Positions 44,221-53,914 of a stretch of 64,000 bases of DNA are shown here, in pieces (within the stretch, counting starts at the first letter, position 1; every line of letters begins with the position of its first letter). Location of the stretch: contig CAYJAS010000001.1 of assembly GCA_964367895.1 (NCBI GenBank), forward strand, positions 2,404-66,403. Reading direction: 5' to 3'. A program made the position numbers and the translations under genes. Below the pieces are notes generated by a model that was not told the origin of the DNA, ran no database searches, and was given only the letters and a program-made list of their open reading frames with translations. This DNA comes from an uncultured Oscillospiraceae bacterium (GTDB taxonomy: Bacteria > Bacillota > Clostridia > Oscillospirales > Butyricicoccaceae).

Positions 44221-46069
44221 AAAAGCTCTCCGCAATCTTTTTTGCAATGCCTTTTGCGCTCAGTCCCAATTCACTTTCCAATGTAGCTACATCTCCTGCC
44301 GGCACAAATCCCGTGCCTAAATTACAAAACACAGCCTGTGCGGAAATTGAAGCAGCCATCAATTCTGCTGAAAGCTTGGCTCCGAGAGATCCGACATGTC
44401 CGCAGTCTTCTACAAAGGCTACTTTTTTTGTTTTACAGACCGAGTTGAAAAAGGTTTGTAAATCAGCGGTAGAAAGGTTGTTGAACTTGATTATTTCACA
44501 GCTAATACCTGATTTTTGCAGAAGCTGTGCCGCCTCAAGTGCATTGTTAAGCATTATTCCGTAGGTCACAATGGTAACATTGTCACCACTGCTAACTGTA
44601 TATATGTCTTCGTTGAAATTGTTTTGCGTGTAAGCAAGCTGCCCTCCACGAGGGTATCTCACGGCGACAGGGCCGTTTGTGCTGTGTACCGCTCTGTTCA
44701 TCGCCGCCTCCAGTTCCGAAAAGGAGGAGGGCGATAAAAGGGTGAAATTTGGTATTGAAAGCAAATATGGCACATCAAACTGCCCTTGATGTGTTTCACC
44801 GTCGGCACCGACAATTCCGGCGCGATCGACAGCAAATACAACATGATACCGCTCTATGGCAACATCGTGTATCAACTGGTCAAAGCCACGTTGTAAAAAT
44901 GTGGAGTAAATCGCATATACCGGCACAAGCCCTTTTGAAGCCATTGCCGCCGCCATTGTCACCCCGTGGGCTTCGGCTATGCCTATATCAAAAAATCTAT
45001 CTGCAAACTGTGTTGCAAAATGTTCAAGTCCTGTGCCGTCTGTCATTGCGGCGGTAACGGCGCACACCCTTTTATCCTGTTGTGCTAAAGCACACATTTG
45101 TCTGCCAAATACTGCCGAAAAACTGTCATTTATCGGTTTTTCATAGCGTTTTGTAGTGTCAAACGGTGGTACTCCATGGTAAAGGTCGGGGTTTTCTTCA
45201 GAAAAACTATACCCTTTCCCCTTAACCGTTTTGAGGTGCACCACCACGGGACATGCCATCTTTTTTGCCTCTTTAAAAAGCTGTGTGACCATAGGCAAAT
45301 CGTTTCCATCGGCAGGGCCAAGATATTTAAACCCAAACAGCTCAAAAATTGTCTCTTTAAGCAAAGTGGTGCGAAGGCGTGCTTTGAGAGCAGAAATCAG
45401 AGAGATAAGCTTTTTTCCGCCCGGCACCTTGGAAAGTGCCGATTTTACAGATCCCTTCAGACGCAAATAACGCGGCTTTACCCTTATCTCTGAAAGTCGC
45501 TTTGCCAGTGCTCCGATATTTCTGCTTATCGACATATCGTTGTCGTTTAACACAACTATTATGGGCAATCCCGAGCTTCCTGCATCGTTTAGAGCCTCAT
45601 ACGCCATCCCACCTGTCAAGGCACCATCGCCGATCACGGCCACGCAATGGCCTTGCTTTCCCATGAGTGCATTGGCTCTCGCCATGCCGAGTACAGCTGA
45701 AATTGAGTTAGATGCATGCCCTGACACAAAACAGTCGTGCTCACTTTCGCTCGGCCTTAAAAATCCGCTTATTCCGCCGAAAGATCTGATACCGGGGAAA
45801 TTGCTCGCCCTACCGCTTAGCATCTTGTGCACATAACACTGATGCCCAACATCATACATAAGACTGTCTTTAGGCGAGTCAAAAACCAACATTGTCGCTA
45901 CGCTTATTTCCACAATGCCAAGGTTTGACGCCAAATGTCCACCTGTTTTTGAAATGCTCTCTATTAAAAATTGCCTCGCCTGTTCACAAAGTACTTGTAA
46001 TTCGCTTTGCGAAAGGTCTCTGAGGTTTTCGGTATTTTGCGCTTTATTTAAATAAGGAAATTGTTCCAT
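44195..46069 (-). CDS. dxs: 1-deoxy-D-xylulose-5-phosphate synthase
   Basis: GGHLASNLGIVE, GHQCYVHK, IGDGALTGGMAYEALN (TPP motif), transketolase C-terminal domains. Confidence 0.95.
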   Translation of the reverse strand: MEQFPYLNKAQNTENLRDLSQSELQVLCEQARQFLIESISKTGGHLASNLGIVEISVATMLVFDSPKDSLMYDVGHQCYVHKMLSGRASNFPGIRSFGGISGFLRPSESEHDCFVSGHASNSISAVLGMARANALMGKQGHCVAVIGDGALTGGMAYEALNDAGSSGLPIIVVLNDNDMSISRNIGALAKRLSEIRVKPRYLRLKGSVKSALSKVPGGKKLISLISALKARLRTTLLKETIFELFGFKYLGPADGNDLPMVTQLFKEAKKMACPVVVHLKTVKGKGYSFSEENPDLYHGVPPFDTTKRYEKPINDSFSAVFGRQMCALAQQDKRVCAVTAAMTDGTGLEHFATQFADRFFDIGIAEAHGVTMAAAMASKGLVPVYAIYSTFLQRGFDQLIHDVAIERYHVVFAVDRAGIVGADGETHQGQFDVPYLLSIPNFTLLSPSSFSELEAAMNRAVHSTNGPVAVRYPRGGQLAYTQNNFNEDIYTVSSGDNVTIVTYGIMLNNALEAAQLLQKSGISCEIIKFNNLSTADLQTFFNSVCKTKKVAFVEDCGHVGSLGAKLSAELMAASISAQAVFCNLGTGFVPAGDVATLESELGLSAKGIAKKIAESFYGRSATTN

Positions 46070-46135
46070 TTACTATCCCCTAATCAATATTATAACATAA
46101 AGTGAATAAATATCAAGTGCAATGTACAATAATTG

Positions 46136-47017
46136 TCAATTTTCTCTTGAACAACCCCACAATGCAAGCTGCGCTTGAAAGTCTGCATTTTTAAACACAG
46201 CTAAAGCCGATATTGCGGCAGAGGTGAGCGCCTCAATTTGCAGATTGCACTGTTCCAGTCCAAGTAAAGTGACAAATGTTGTTTTGCCCTGCTGTGTATC
46301 GCTGCCGATAGGTTTGCCCAATTTATCTCCGCTTCCGATGATATCTAAAACATCATCTCGCATTTGAAAAGCCATGCCAAGACAAAGGGCGTATTTCTGT
46401 GCCGCCTCAATTTGCTCTTTGCTTGCACCACCCAAAATGCATCCGGAGACGCAGGCCGCTTCGATGAGCTTTGCCGTTTTCAGCTCAACCATTCGATGAT
46501 GAAGCATCTGTGGCACTTCACTTTGCTTTTCAAGAGCAAGGTCTATAATTTGCCCGCCCACCATTCCGTATGCACCGGCACAGCGTGCAATATGACCTGC
46601 CGCATACATTGCACGCTCGGGCGAGATTTCGGTTGCCGAAAGCATGACTTCATATGCCCGGTTGAGCAGTGCATCACCTGTCAGCACCGCTGTGGCATAA
46701 TCAAACGCCTTATGGCAGGAGGGCTTGCCTCTGCGCATATCGTCATCGTCCATACATGGTAAATCGTCATGCACCAAGGAATATGCATGAATCATCTCAA
46801 CGGCCGAGGCAAAAGCAAGCGCACCGTCTGTATTCGGGTTAAAAAGCGAGTAAAAGGACAGCAAAAGAGACCCTCTCAGCCGTTTTCCGCCTTCGAGAGT
46901 GCTATATCTGCATGCATCAAAAAGCACACTCTGCGGCAATCGTTGCTGTGGTAAATAGCCATCAAGAGCTTGCTCGATTTCTTCAGCATATTGTTTGAGT
47001 TGAGCAAAAAAGTCCAT
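46136..47017 (-). CDS. ispA: polyprenyl (farnesyl/geranylgeranyl) diphosphate synthase
   Basis: FARM LVHDDLPCMDDDDMRRG and SARM FQMRDDVLD. Confidence 0.9.
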   Translation of the reverse strand: MDFFAQLKQYAEEIEQALDGYLPQQRLPQSVLFDACRYSTLEGGKRLRGSLLLSFYSLFNPNTDGALAFASAVEMIHAYSLVHDDLPCMDDDDMRRGKPSCHKAFDYATAVLTGDALLNRAYEVMLSATEISPERAMYAAGHIARCAGAYGMVGGQIIDLALEKQSEVPQMLHHRMVELKTAKLIEAACVSGCILGGASKEQIEAAQKYALCLGMAFQMRDDVLDIIGSGDKLGKPIGSDTQQGKTTFVTLLGLEQCNLQIEALTSAAISALAVFKNADFQAQLALWGCSREN

Positions 47018-47253
47018 TATTCACCTTTAACAAAGTCGGTTTGCTCGGGTCCCTGTGCATTTGCAAGCAAAAGACGCAATTTTTGCTCTGCAACATCAAG
47101 GGTTTGATTGCATTTTCGCACAAGCAATGTTCCCTCTTCAAAGGCTTTAAGGCTTGCATCAAGCGACATATCGCCTTTTTCCAGTGCTATGACAATTTCC
47201 TCAATGCGTTTTATCGCCGTTTCAAATGAAATTTTTTCGTTTTTTGCAGGCAT
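47017..47253 (-). CDS. xseB: exodeoxyribonuclease VII small subunit
   Basis: ISFETAIKRIEEIVIALEKGDMSLDASLKAFEEGTLLVRKC. Start at MPAKNE, directly after the xseA stop with GAGGAG RBS. The ORF-track extension is rejected. Confidence 0.9.
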   Translation of the reverse strand: MPAKNEKISFETAIKRIEEIVIALEKGDMSLDASLKAFEEGTLLVRKCNQTLDVAEQKLRLLLANAQGPEQTDFVKGE

Positions 47254-47254
47254 A

Positions 47255-48502
47255 TTAATTCTCCTCACTGTCGGGCTTTTTGCCCGAGGTTTTGACGGTT
47301 TTTGTCGCTTTGGCGGTTTGCACTGTGCAGTTTGCCACACCGTCGGCAAAGCGGACATCTATGTTATCGCCTTTTTTGAGCGTTTTTACGCTGTTTGTTA
47401 CACTTCCCTCTTTGGACACTGCGGCATATCCTCTCGTCAGCACTTTTAGCGGACTCATAGCGTCAAGTGAGGCCGACAAGGTGACAAATCGCTCTTTCAT
47501 GGACATAAGTTTAAGTGATGCCGAGCTGTCAAGTCGCTGTTTAAAGAGGTCAAGTAACATCCTTTGGTTGTCAATATATCCATAAGGGCTTTTTAGTACC
47601 GCTTTGTCACTCAAAGTTTCAAGGGCAATTTTTCTTTGCTCTATCGACCCGCCGGCCGCACGTGTCATTCTGTCAAGACTTGTTTCAAGATATCCTAAAA
47701 CCTGGGCAACATCACGGACAGCAAGCTCGGCGGCATTTGACGGGGTTGACGCCCGCTTGTCGGCAACATAATCGGAAATGGTGATATCGGGCTCGTGTCC
47801 GACTGCTGAAATAACCGGTATCTTGCTGGCAAAAATCGCACGAGCCACAATTTCCTCGTTGAAAGCCCACAAATCCTCTATAGACCCGCCACCTCTGCCT
47901 GTGATGATAACATCTGCAAGCTCATATTTGTTGACATAGTCTATCATTGCAGAAACTTCCTGCGCCGACCCGTCCCCTTGCACCTTTACAGGGCAGACAA
48001 GCACCTCGCAAGCCGGATATCGACTGCCCAATATTCGTATCATATCGGAAACGGCGGCACCGGTAGGTGAGGTTATTATTGCCACCTTGCTCGGAAACAG
48101 GGGCAATTTTTTCTTGTGCTCGGGTGCAAACAGTCCCTCTTTGCTCAGTTTCTCTTTGAGCTGTTCAAATGCGACATAAAGCTCTCCGACACCGTCGGGC
48201 GTCATCGAGTTTGCATATATTTGATATTGTCCGCTCTTTGGAAAGGAGCTTATTCTACCGCCCACAATAACCTTCATACCGCTTTCCGGTCTAAAGCGCA
48301 ATCGGGACGATTCCCCTCTGAACATTACCGCGGAAATAACCGCTCCATCATCTTTTAAGGTGAAATAATGATGTCCGGAGGAGTGTATTTTATAGTTTGA
48401 AAGCTCTCCCGATACCATCACCTTTGAAAGTACCGCATCTCCGTCGAGTAGCATTTTTATGTAGTTTGAAAGTCCTGTCACACTCATCGGTGAGTTTTGC
48501 AT
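47255..48502 (-). CDS. xseA: exodeoxyribonuclease VII large subunit
   Basis: N-terminal OB fold (VSGELSNYKIHSSGHHYFTLKD), catalytic core ITGRGGGSIEDLWAFN. Confidence 0.95.
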   Translation of the reverse strand: MQNSPMSVTGLSNYIKMLLDGDAVLSKVMVSGELSNYKIHSSGHHYFTLKDDGAVISAVMFRGESSRLRFRPESGMKVIVGGRISSFPKSGQYQIYANSMTPDGVGELYVAFEQLKEKLSKEGLFAPEHKKKLPLFPSKVAIITSPTGAAVSDMIRILGSRYPACEVLVCPVKVQGDGSAQEVSAMIDYVNKYELADVIITGRGGGSIEDLWAFNEEIVARAIFASKIPVISAVGHEPDITISDYVADKRASTPSNAAELAVRDVAQVLGYLETSLDRMTRAAGGSIEQRKIALETLSDKAVLKSPYGYIDNQRMLLDLFKQRLDSSASLKLMSMKERFVTLSASLDAMSPLKVLTRGYAAVSKEGSVTNSVKTLKKGDNIDVRFADGVANCTVQTAKATKTVKTSGKKPDSEEN

Positions 48503-48516
48503 GTCTATCCTCCCAA

Positions 48517-49440
48517 CTATTCATCGCTAAATGCGGCAAGTACAGCCGCACCAAGTCCGTTGTCTCCGCAAAATTGCTTTGTGGCGAAAAATACATTTTC
48601 GCTGTTCATTGCATCTCGTATAATTGAACAGGCACTGACACCGCCCGAAAAAAGCACCGGCAAATTGCCGTACTTTTGCCGTGCCCATTTTGTAGCATCA
48701 CAAACTGCCCTTGTCACAGAAGCCAGCACAAAGGCGCAAACTTCACTCTGCTCGCAGCCATCGGCAATTTTGGCACGGAATTTATTTTCCATGCCCGACA
48801 GCGAGAAATAGCCTTCATTTTGCTTGACTGTAAAGCTATCTATCTTTACTGCTTTAAGTGCCGATTGCTCGACATACGGCCCTGCCGGAAATGGCATATT
48901 AAAGGCGACTCCCGCCCTGTCTATCAACTGACCTGCCGAAATGTCGCTTGTGCCACCTATTATTTCTGCTTTTATTATATTGTCCTCACTCGGCGATACA
49001 TACAAAAGCTCGGTTGTGCCACCGGAAAGATGCCACGCCAAAAAATCGCCCTTTAATATATCAAGTTTACCTACCGAAAAGGCCGCCGATGCAATATGTC
49101 CTTGCTGATGCGAAAAGGCATAAAACGGCACTTTCACTGCTGTCGCCATGCTCTTTCCGAAATTATGCCCTGCCAGAAAGCAAGGCATATAAGAGTTCTC
49201 TATTGCCCGTGGTCTGTCGGAGCATGAAATTGCAGTCACCGACGCATCTACATCGCAAAACAGTTCATCTATTATATCGGGAAGTTGTTTTACATGCTGA
49301 AAAAGGGCATCGCTCTGTCTCAGCCCCAAGCTTCCTTCCGGCACGGTTAGCAACCGGCCACAGCTTTTGTAAAAGCCGCTTTTGGGGTCGTAAAGTGCCG
49401 CCGATGTCCTGTAATTGCTGGTGTCTATGCCCAAAATCAT
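48517..49440 (-). CDS. divergent TsaD/Kae1 (peptidase M22, ASKHA fold) family protein
   Basis: ILGIDTSNYRTS N-terminal phosphate-1-like motif, FSHQQGHIASA (HxxxH metal-site pattern), GGVSACSIIR and CGDNGLGAA near the C-terminus. 307 aa. Confidence 0.65.
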   Translation of the reverse strand: MILGIDTSNYRTSAALYDPKSGFYKSCGRLLTVPEGSLGLRQSDALFQHVKQLPDIIDELFCDVDASVTAISCSDRPRAIENSYMPCFLAGHNFGKSMATAVKVPFYAFSHQQGHIASAAFSVGKLDILKGDFLAWHLSGGTTELLYVSPSEDNIIKAEIIGGTSDISAGQLIDRAGVAFNMPFPAGPYVEQSALKAVKIDSFTVKQNEGYFSLSGMENKFRAKIADGCEQSEVCAFVLASVTRAVCDATKWARQKYGNLPVLFSGGVSACSIIRDAMNSENVFFATKQFCGDNGLGAAVLAAFSDE

Positions 49441-49895
49441 GCCTTTGTCCCGTCCGAAATCTCCTTTTTGGTAAATGCACCGATTATTCCGTTAACAAAG
49501 CTTGCCGCCTCCGGGCTGTCATATTTCTTTGCAAGTTCAAGCGCTTCATTTACCGATGCCCCGACCGGTATTTGCATATATAAAGTTTCATACATGCAAA
49601 GGCGAATAATACATTTCGATATGTTCGAAATCCTACCAACAGACCAGCCGGCAGAGTATTTTTCTATGTAAGAGTCAAGCTCCGGCCCGTGCTCCAACAC
49701 CCCTTTAACAGCCGCATTTATGTACTTTAGCTGGCTTTTCGCCGGCATTTCGTTATACAGTTCATATTCCTCGGACAGTGAACTGAAGGATTGCTCTGAC
49801 AGTCGTTCATCTAAAAGCTGTTGCCCCTTTGTTCCGAGATAATCTCCGGAAAATATAAGGTGGAGCACAAACTCCCTCGCCTGCCTTCTATTCAT
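49437..49895 (-). CDS. nusB: transcription antitermination factor NusB
   Basis: MNRRQAREFVLHLIFS... Start at the second ATG, which has GGAGA 5 nt upstream. Confidence 0.9.
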   Translation of the reverse strand: MNRRQAREFVLHLIFSGDYLGTKGQQLLDERLSEQSFSSLSEEYELYNEMPAKSQLKYINAAVKGVLEHGPELDSYIEKYSAGWSVGRISNISKCIIRLCMYETLYMQIPVGASVNEALELAKKYDSPEAASFVNGIIGAFTKKEISDGTKA

Positions 49896-50033
49896 CTTTA
49901 TCTCCATTCCGCCGTAAAAACGGCACTAAATCGTCATTTTTTGGAATAATTATTTCTTCTCAGTATATTATACACAAAAAAAAGGAAAAAGCAAATTAAA
50001 AACGCAAATTTTAGCGCTAAAATTCAATAATTA

Positions 50034-50062
50034 TTGCGTATTTTGTATTTTTGTGTTAATAT
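50034..50062 (+). promoter_or_regulatory. candidate sigma-A promoter of ppk1
   Basis: TTGCGT-17 nt-TAATAT with a TGt extended -10, about 30 nt upstream of the ppk1 ATG. Confidence 0.5.
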
Positions 50063-50092
50063 AATATTATCTAAAGATGAAAAGGTGATATT

Positions 50093-52213
50093 ATGCCAAT
50101 TTCCAGTTATAAAAGCGGAGAGCATGATTTAAGTTACACACAAAACCGAGAGCTCAGCTGGCTGAGCTTTAATGCTCGTGTTTTAGAGGAAGCGGCAGAT
50201 CCTACTGTACCGCTTATCGAACGACTGCGCTACATTTCCATCTTCACCAGCAATCTTGATGAGTTTTTCATGGTCAGGGTAGGCAGTCTATTTGATTTGT
50301 CTGTCGTTTTCCCAAACGTCCCCGAAAATAAAAGCGGAAAGACCCCTTCGCAACAGCTTGATATGATTTTTGAGGCGGTTGCGCCTCTTATCAATTATCG
50401 TGATGTGCTTTATTCAAGCCTTCTTCCCTTGCTCTCTCAGAGTGGCATTAAGGACTATGCTTATGAGGAGCTGTCCTCCGAGGACAGGCAATATGTTCAG
50501 GACTATTATAGCCGACATATTAAGCCACTTTTGTCACCGCAGATTATTGACCGCAGTCATCCTTTTCCCCATTTAAAAAACAAGGCGCTTTATGTCGCCG
50601 CCATTGTCGCTTCTACCGGCAAAGAGCGACTTGCCATCGTCGGAGTGCCCGACCCGGTGCCTCCAATTATTCGTCTGCCCGGTCAACTTTGCGGATTTGT
50701 ACGCACCGAAACGGTTTTGGCGGCAAATATGGCCAAGCTGTTTAAGTCATTCACCATATCGGAGCAGTCTGTAATATCTGTTACACGCAATGCCGACATC
50801 AGTTACGATGATGATAAATTCGGCGAGGCCGACCCCGATTTCCGTGTACACATGTCAAAACTGCTCAAAAAGCGTGACCGTTTGGCTCCTGTGCGTCTTG
50901 AAATGCAAAGTGAGGCCCCTTCCCTTCGCACTATGCTTCTCAAAAAGCTCAATTTACAAGCAAAGCAGGCTTACACCTGTAAATGCCCGCTCACCTTGGG
51001 TTGGGCATACTCTCTCGACCAATGTGGGGCACACCTTTATAACACTCCGTATACCCCTGTTTTTCCCAGCGAACTTTCTACAGAACTTCCCATGTGGGAG
51101 CAGGTGCAGGCACGTGATGTACTGCTCTTTTATCCATACCACTCCATTTCACCATTTTTAACCCTGCTAAAGGAGTCGGCAAGCGACCCACGGGTGCAGT
51201 CTATAAAAATCACCATCTATCGACTTGCAAAAAACTCAGCCGTTGTCAAGCATCTTTGCGATGCCGCCGCAAACGGCAAGCAAGTGACCGTTATGATGGA
51301 GCTCAGAGCACGTTTTGACGAGCGTGGCAACATCGAATGGGCAGAAAGCCTTGAACAGGCAGGGTGTAATATCATATACGGCCCGGAGAATTTCAAATGC
51401 CACTCCAAAATATGCCTTATAACAAGAAGTGAGAAAAACGGATTTTCCCATATTGTACAGGTGGGCACGGGCAATTATAACGAAAAAACCGCCGAGCTTT
51501 ACACCGATTTCAGCCTGATGACGGCAAATCCCGAGCTTGCTGAGGATGCCATCAGCTTTTTCCAAAACATGATGGTGGACAATCTGTACGGAGTATACAC
51601 AAAGCTTCTCGTTGCGCCGGTTGATATGAAAGACAATATTATGAATCTTATTGACCGAGAAATAGCCAAAGGTGTCGATGGGTATATCAGTATAAAGGTC
51701 AACTCGGTCACCGAACGCCAGCTTATTGACAAGCTGTGCGAAGCCTCGTGCGCCGGCGTACAAATCAAGCTGATTATCAGAGGTATTTGCTGTCTTGTGC
51801 CCGGTATACCCGAAAAAACCGAAAATATCACGGTAATTAGCATTGTAGGGCGATTTTTGGAGCATTCACGTGTTTACTGCTTTGGAAAGGGCGAAGATCG
51901 TGAGGTTTTCATCTCCTCTGCCGATATTATGACACGAAACCAAACCCGTCGTGTAGAAATTGCCTGTCCAATTTTGGACAGTGGCATTGCAGACTGGATG
52001 TGCGAGTATTTTGACACTTTACTCTCCGACAATGTCAAAGCTCGCAGGCTTTTGCAAAATGGCTCGTATGTGCCTATTGGCGGAACAAAGCCTCCTTTTA
52101 ACTCACAGGATCATTATTTTAGCAATGTACCTGTCTTTGCTCGCAATCTGCCCGGTGCAAAGCAATCGATTACCGGTAAAGCCAAAAGCTTTTTAGACAG
52201 ATTTAAAAAGTAG
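50093..52213 (+). CDS. ppk1: polyphosphate kinase 1
   Basis: NRELSWLSFNARVLEEA, SNLDEFFMVRV, two PLD-like HKD-type C-domains (FKCHSKICLI, RFLEHSRVYCF). 706 aa. Confidence 0.95.
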   Translation: MPISSYKSGEHDLSYTQNRELSWLSFNARVLEEAADPTVPLIERLRYISIFTSNLDEFFMVRVGSLFDLSVVFPNVPENKSGKTPSQQLDMIFEAVAPLINYRDVLYSSLLPLLSQSGIKDYAYEELSSEDRQYVQDYYSRHIKPLLSPQIIDRSHPFPHLKNKALYVAAIVASTGKERLAIVGVPDPVPPIIRLPGQLCGFVRTETVLAANMAKLFKSFTISEQSVISVTRNADISYDDDKFGEADPDFRVHMSKLLKKRDRLAPVRLEMQSEAPSLRTMLLKKLNLQAKQAYTCKCPLTLGWAYSLDQCGAHLYNTPYTPVFPSELSTELPMWEQVQARDVLLFYPYHSISPFLTLLKESASDPRVQSIKITIYRLAKNSAVVKHLCDAAANGKQVTVMMELRARFDERGNIEWAESLEQAGCNIIYGPENFKCHSKICLITRSEKNGFSHIVQVGTGNYNEKTAELYTDFSLMTANPELAEDAISFFQNMMVDNLYGVYTKLLVAPVDMKDNIMNLIDREIAKGVDGYISIKVNSVTERQLIDKLCEASCAGVQIKLIIRGICCLVPGIPEKTENITVISIVGRFLEHSRVYCFGKGEDREVFISSADIMTRNQTRRVEIACPILDSGIADWMCEYFDTLLSDNVKARRLLQNGSYVPIGGTKPPFNSQDHYFSNVPVFARNLPGAKQSITGKAKSFLDRFKK

Positions 52214-52289
52214 TCCTGCGCTGTACAGAGCATTGCAAACAAATTTTAGGGGAAATTTGTTGGGGGTATCATTAAGATGAGGTTTAAAA

Positions 52290-52583
52290 ATGACAGATAA
52301 ATTAAAGAACTTTCTTGATGCGGACAACAGGTTAACCACCTTTCCTGCCAAGAGGAAGATGAAATTATATGCTTTAATTTATTTGGCCTCCAAGCTTGAA
52401 AAGGGCAAAAAGTACACCGAAAAAGAGTTTAACCAAAAGCTTAATGAATGGCATATTTTTTCAGACCCCGCCACCCTTCGCAGAGAGCTCTATAACAATA
52501 AATTTATCGACAGAGATGCATTTGGCAACCTGTATTGGCTTGAGGAGGTTCAACCGACCATCGAGCAATTGGGGTTAGTCTAA
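52290..52583 (+). CDS. DUF2087 domain protein
   Basis: FLD.DNRLTTFPAKRKMKLYALIYLASKLEKGKKYTEKEFNQKL...DPATLRRELYNNKFIDRD fits the DUF2087 pattern. GAGG RBS. Confidence 0.7.
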   Translation: MTDKLKNFLDADNRLTTFPAKRKMKLYALIYLASKLEKGKKYTEKEFNQKLNEWHIFSDPATLRRELYNNKFIDRDAFGNLYWLEEVQPTIEQLGLV

Positions 52584-52606
52584 ATACGCCCTAAAGATAA
52601 AATAAA

Positions 52607-52645
52607 GAAAACCGCTGTGCCAATTTCGGCTACAGCGGTTTTTGT
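52607..52645. terminator. bidirectional rho-independent terminator
   Basis: gaaaaccgctgt-gccaatttcggct-acagcggttttt between convergent DUF2087 and spoIIP genes. Confidence 0.8.
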
Positions 52646-52647
52646 AT

Positions 52648-53796
52648 TTATTCACCAAGCAGTACATCGGCAAGGGTTTGAGCGAAAATTTCTGCCGCTA
52701 AAATAGCTTCGGTCAAGTTATTTCCGTTTGAACCCACTTCAAGCAGCATACTTCCCGGAGTTGCATGCTGATTAAAGCGCTCCTTTCGAATGCTCATCGG
52801 CCGCATTATACCGGGGTAACTCTCATTTAAATGGCTGTGCAGCTGCATCTGAAAGGACAGATTGTTCCACCAATCGTCATGGCTTAGCCCGCCCTCATTT
52901 GTCCCTGCGACAAACATCAGCTGTGCACTATTTTCCCCTTCCACCTCGGCATGGGTTTTGTAAGTCACACCGTCCGACTCTATCGCATCACGATGGACAT
53001 CTATAACAATTTTTATGCTCGGATATTTTTCGAGATAATATTCGATATCGTCAAGCGCTCGGTCATAGCTTCCGCTGTACTTTGGATAATCGTTCAGTGT
53101 TGTAGAGTGCACGGTGGAAATGCCACGCTCATTTAAATGCTCGGCTATTTGACTTCCAATGTAAATCATGTTATAGTCATCATCGGTTGTGCGGTAATAA
53201 TCGCTTTCCTCGTATAAATTGCCGTCATCCTGCTCATATGACTCCGTTCCGTGGGTATGCATAATCAATATTTGCGGGCCGTCGTCGTCAAGTTCAAACG
53301 GAAAGGGTTCGCTAAGCAGTTTTGAAGTGTCTATATCATATTCGGTGTTGTTTTTAAAACTGACCTGACCGTTTGGCGCAACATGCTCACCTTTTGTATC
53401 TGAGATAGCCACTATATCGCTGTTATTGTTGTATTTTTCCTCTACCATATCGGCAAAAGGCGGTGCGCTTTCAATTAGCATCTCCTCTTCACTTGCTACC
53501 TGCTCGACCGCTTGACTGTCTGTCTGCACTTGCGATGCAGTGCTGTCTCCCTCCGGCGTTTGTTGCAAATGCTCCGGGAGCGGCTGTTCGGTTACCGTAC
53601 CGGTCATTACAAACTCTAGTAGCACCTCGCTTATCTGCTCATTTTGTGCAGCTTCTTTAATTTTCTCCTCCAGCGCATGTGCTCCGCCCGAATAGAGCGC
53701 AGTTGCCATTAACAGGCATATTGACATAGCGACAATAGGGATCATCACATATCCCTGTCGCCCGGCTCTTTTTCGTTTTTTGCTCATTTTAGACAT
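52648..53796 (-). CDS. spoIIP: stage II sporulation protein P (SpoIIP amidase/endopeptidase)
   Basis: N-terminal TM anchor. ILIMHTHGTESY and VIDVHRDA motifs, C-terminal SMLLEVGS. RBS GGAAGGTGA. Confidence 0.9.
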   Translation of the reverse strand: MSKMSKKRKRAGRQGYVMIPIVAMSICLLMATALYSGGAHALEEKIKEAAQNEQISEVLLEFVMTGTVTEQPLPEHLQQTPEGDSTASQVQTDSQAVEQVASEEEMLIESAPPFADMVEEKYNNNSDIVAISDTKGEHVAPNGQVSFKNNTEYDIDTSKLLSEPFPFELDDDGPQILIMHTHGTESYEQDDGNLYEESDYYRTTDDDYNMIYIGSQIAEHLNERGISTVHSTTLNDYPKYSGSYDRALDDIEYYLEKYPSIKIVIDVHRDAIESDGVTYKTHAEVEGENSAQLMFVAGTNEGGLSHDDWWNNLSFQMQLHSHLNESYPGIMRPMSIRKERFNQHATPGSMLLEVGSNGNNLTEAILAAEIFAQTLADVLLGE

Positions 53797-53813
53797 AGCT
53801 TCACCTTCCTGTG

Positions 53814-53891
53814 TAGGGTGACGGAATTTGAACCCGCATCGGTTTTAACAGGCGTTTTTGCGCCCATACTGCTTCAAATCCCGTCACCCTA
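53814..53891. repeat. 78-nt inverted-repeat element (19-nt arms, 18/19 complementary) between gpr and spoIIP
   Basis: tagggtgacggaatttgaa (53814-53832) pairs with ttcaaatcccgtcacccta (53873-53891). The loop contains a second small hairpin, ggcg-ttttt-gcgcc. The element ends 17 nt upstream of the spoIIP start codon. Confidence 0.7.
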
Positions 53892-53914
53892 AGCATATGC
53901 CTTTTTGCCGTTTG

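Noticed and set aside
53811-53895. Possible tRNA or tRNA-like gene on the minus strand (7-bp acceptor-like tagggtg/cacccta and GGTTCAAAT T-loop-like sequence)
   Set aside because: The cloverleaf does not close. The T-stem would need G53-U61 and two wobbles, the putative anticodon hairpin has a 6-nt loop, and there is no credible D-arm. The arms instead pair continuously for 19 nt as a simple long hairpin.
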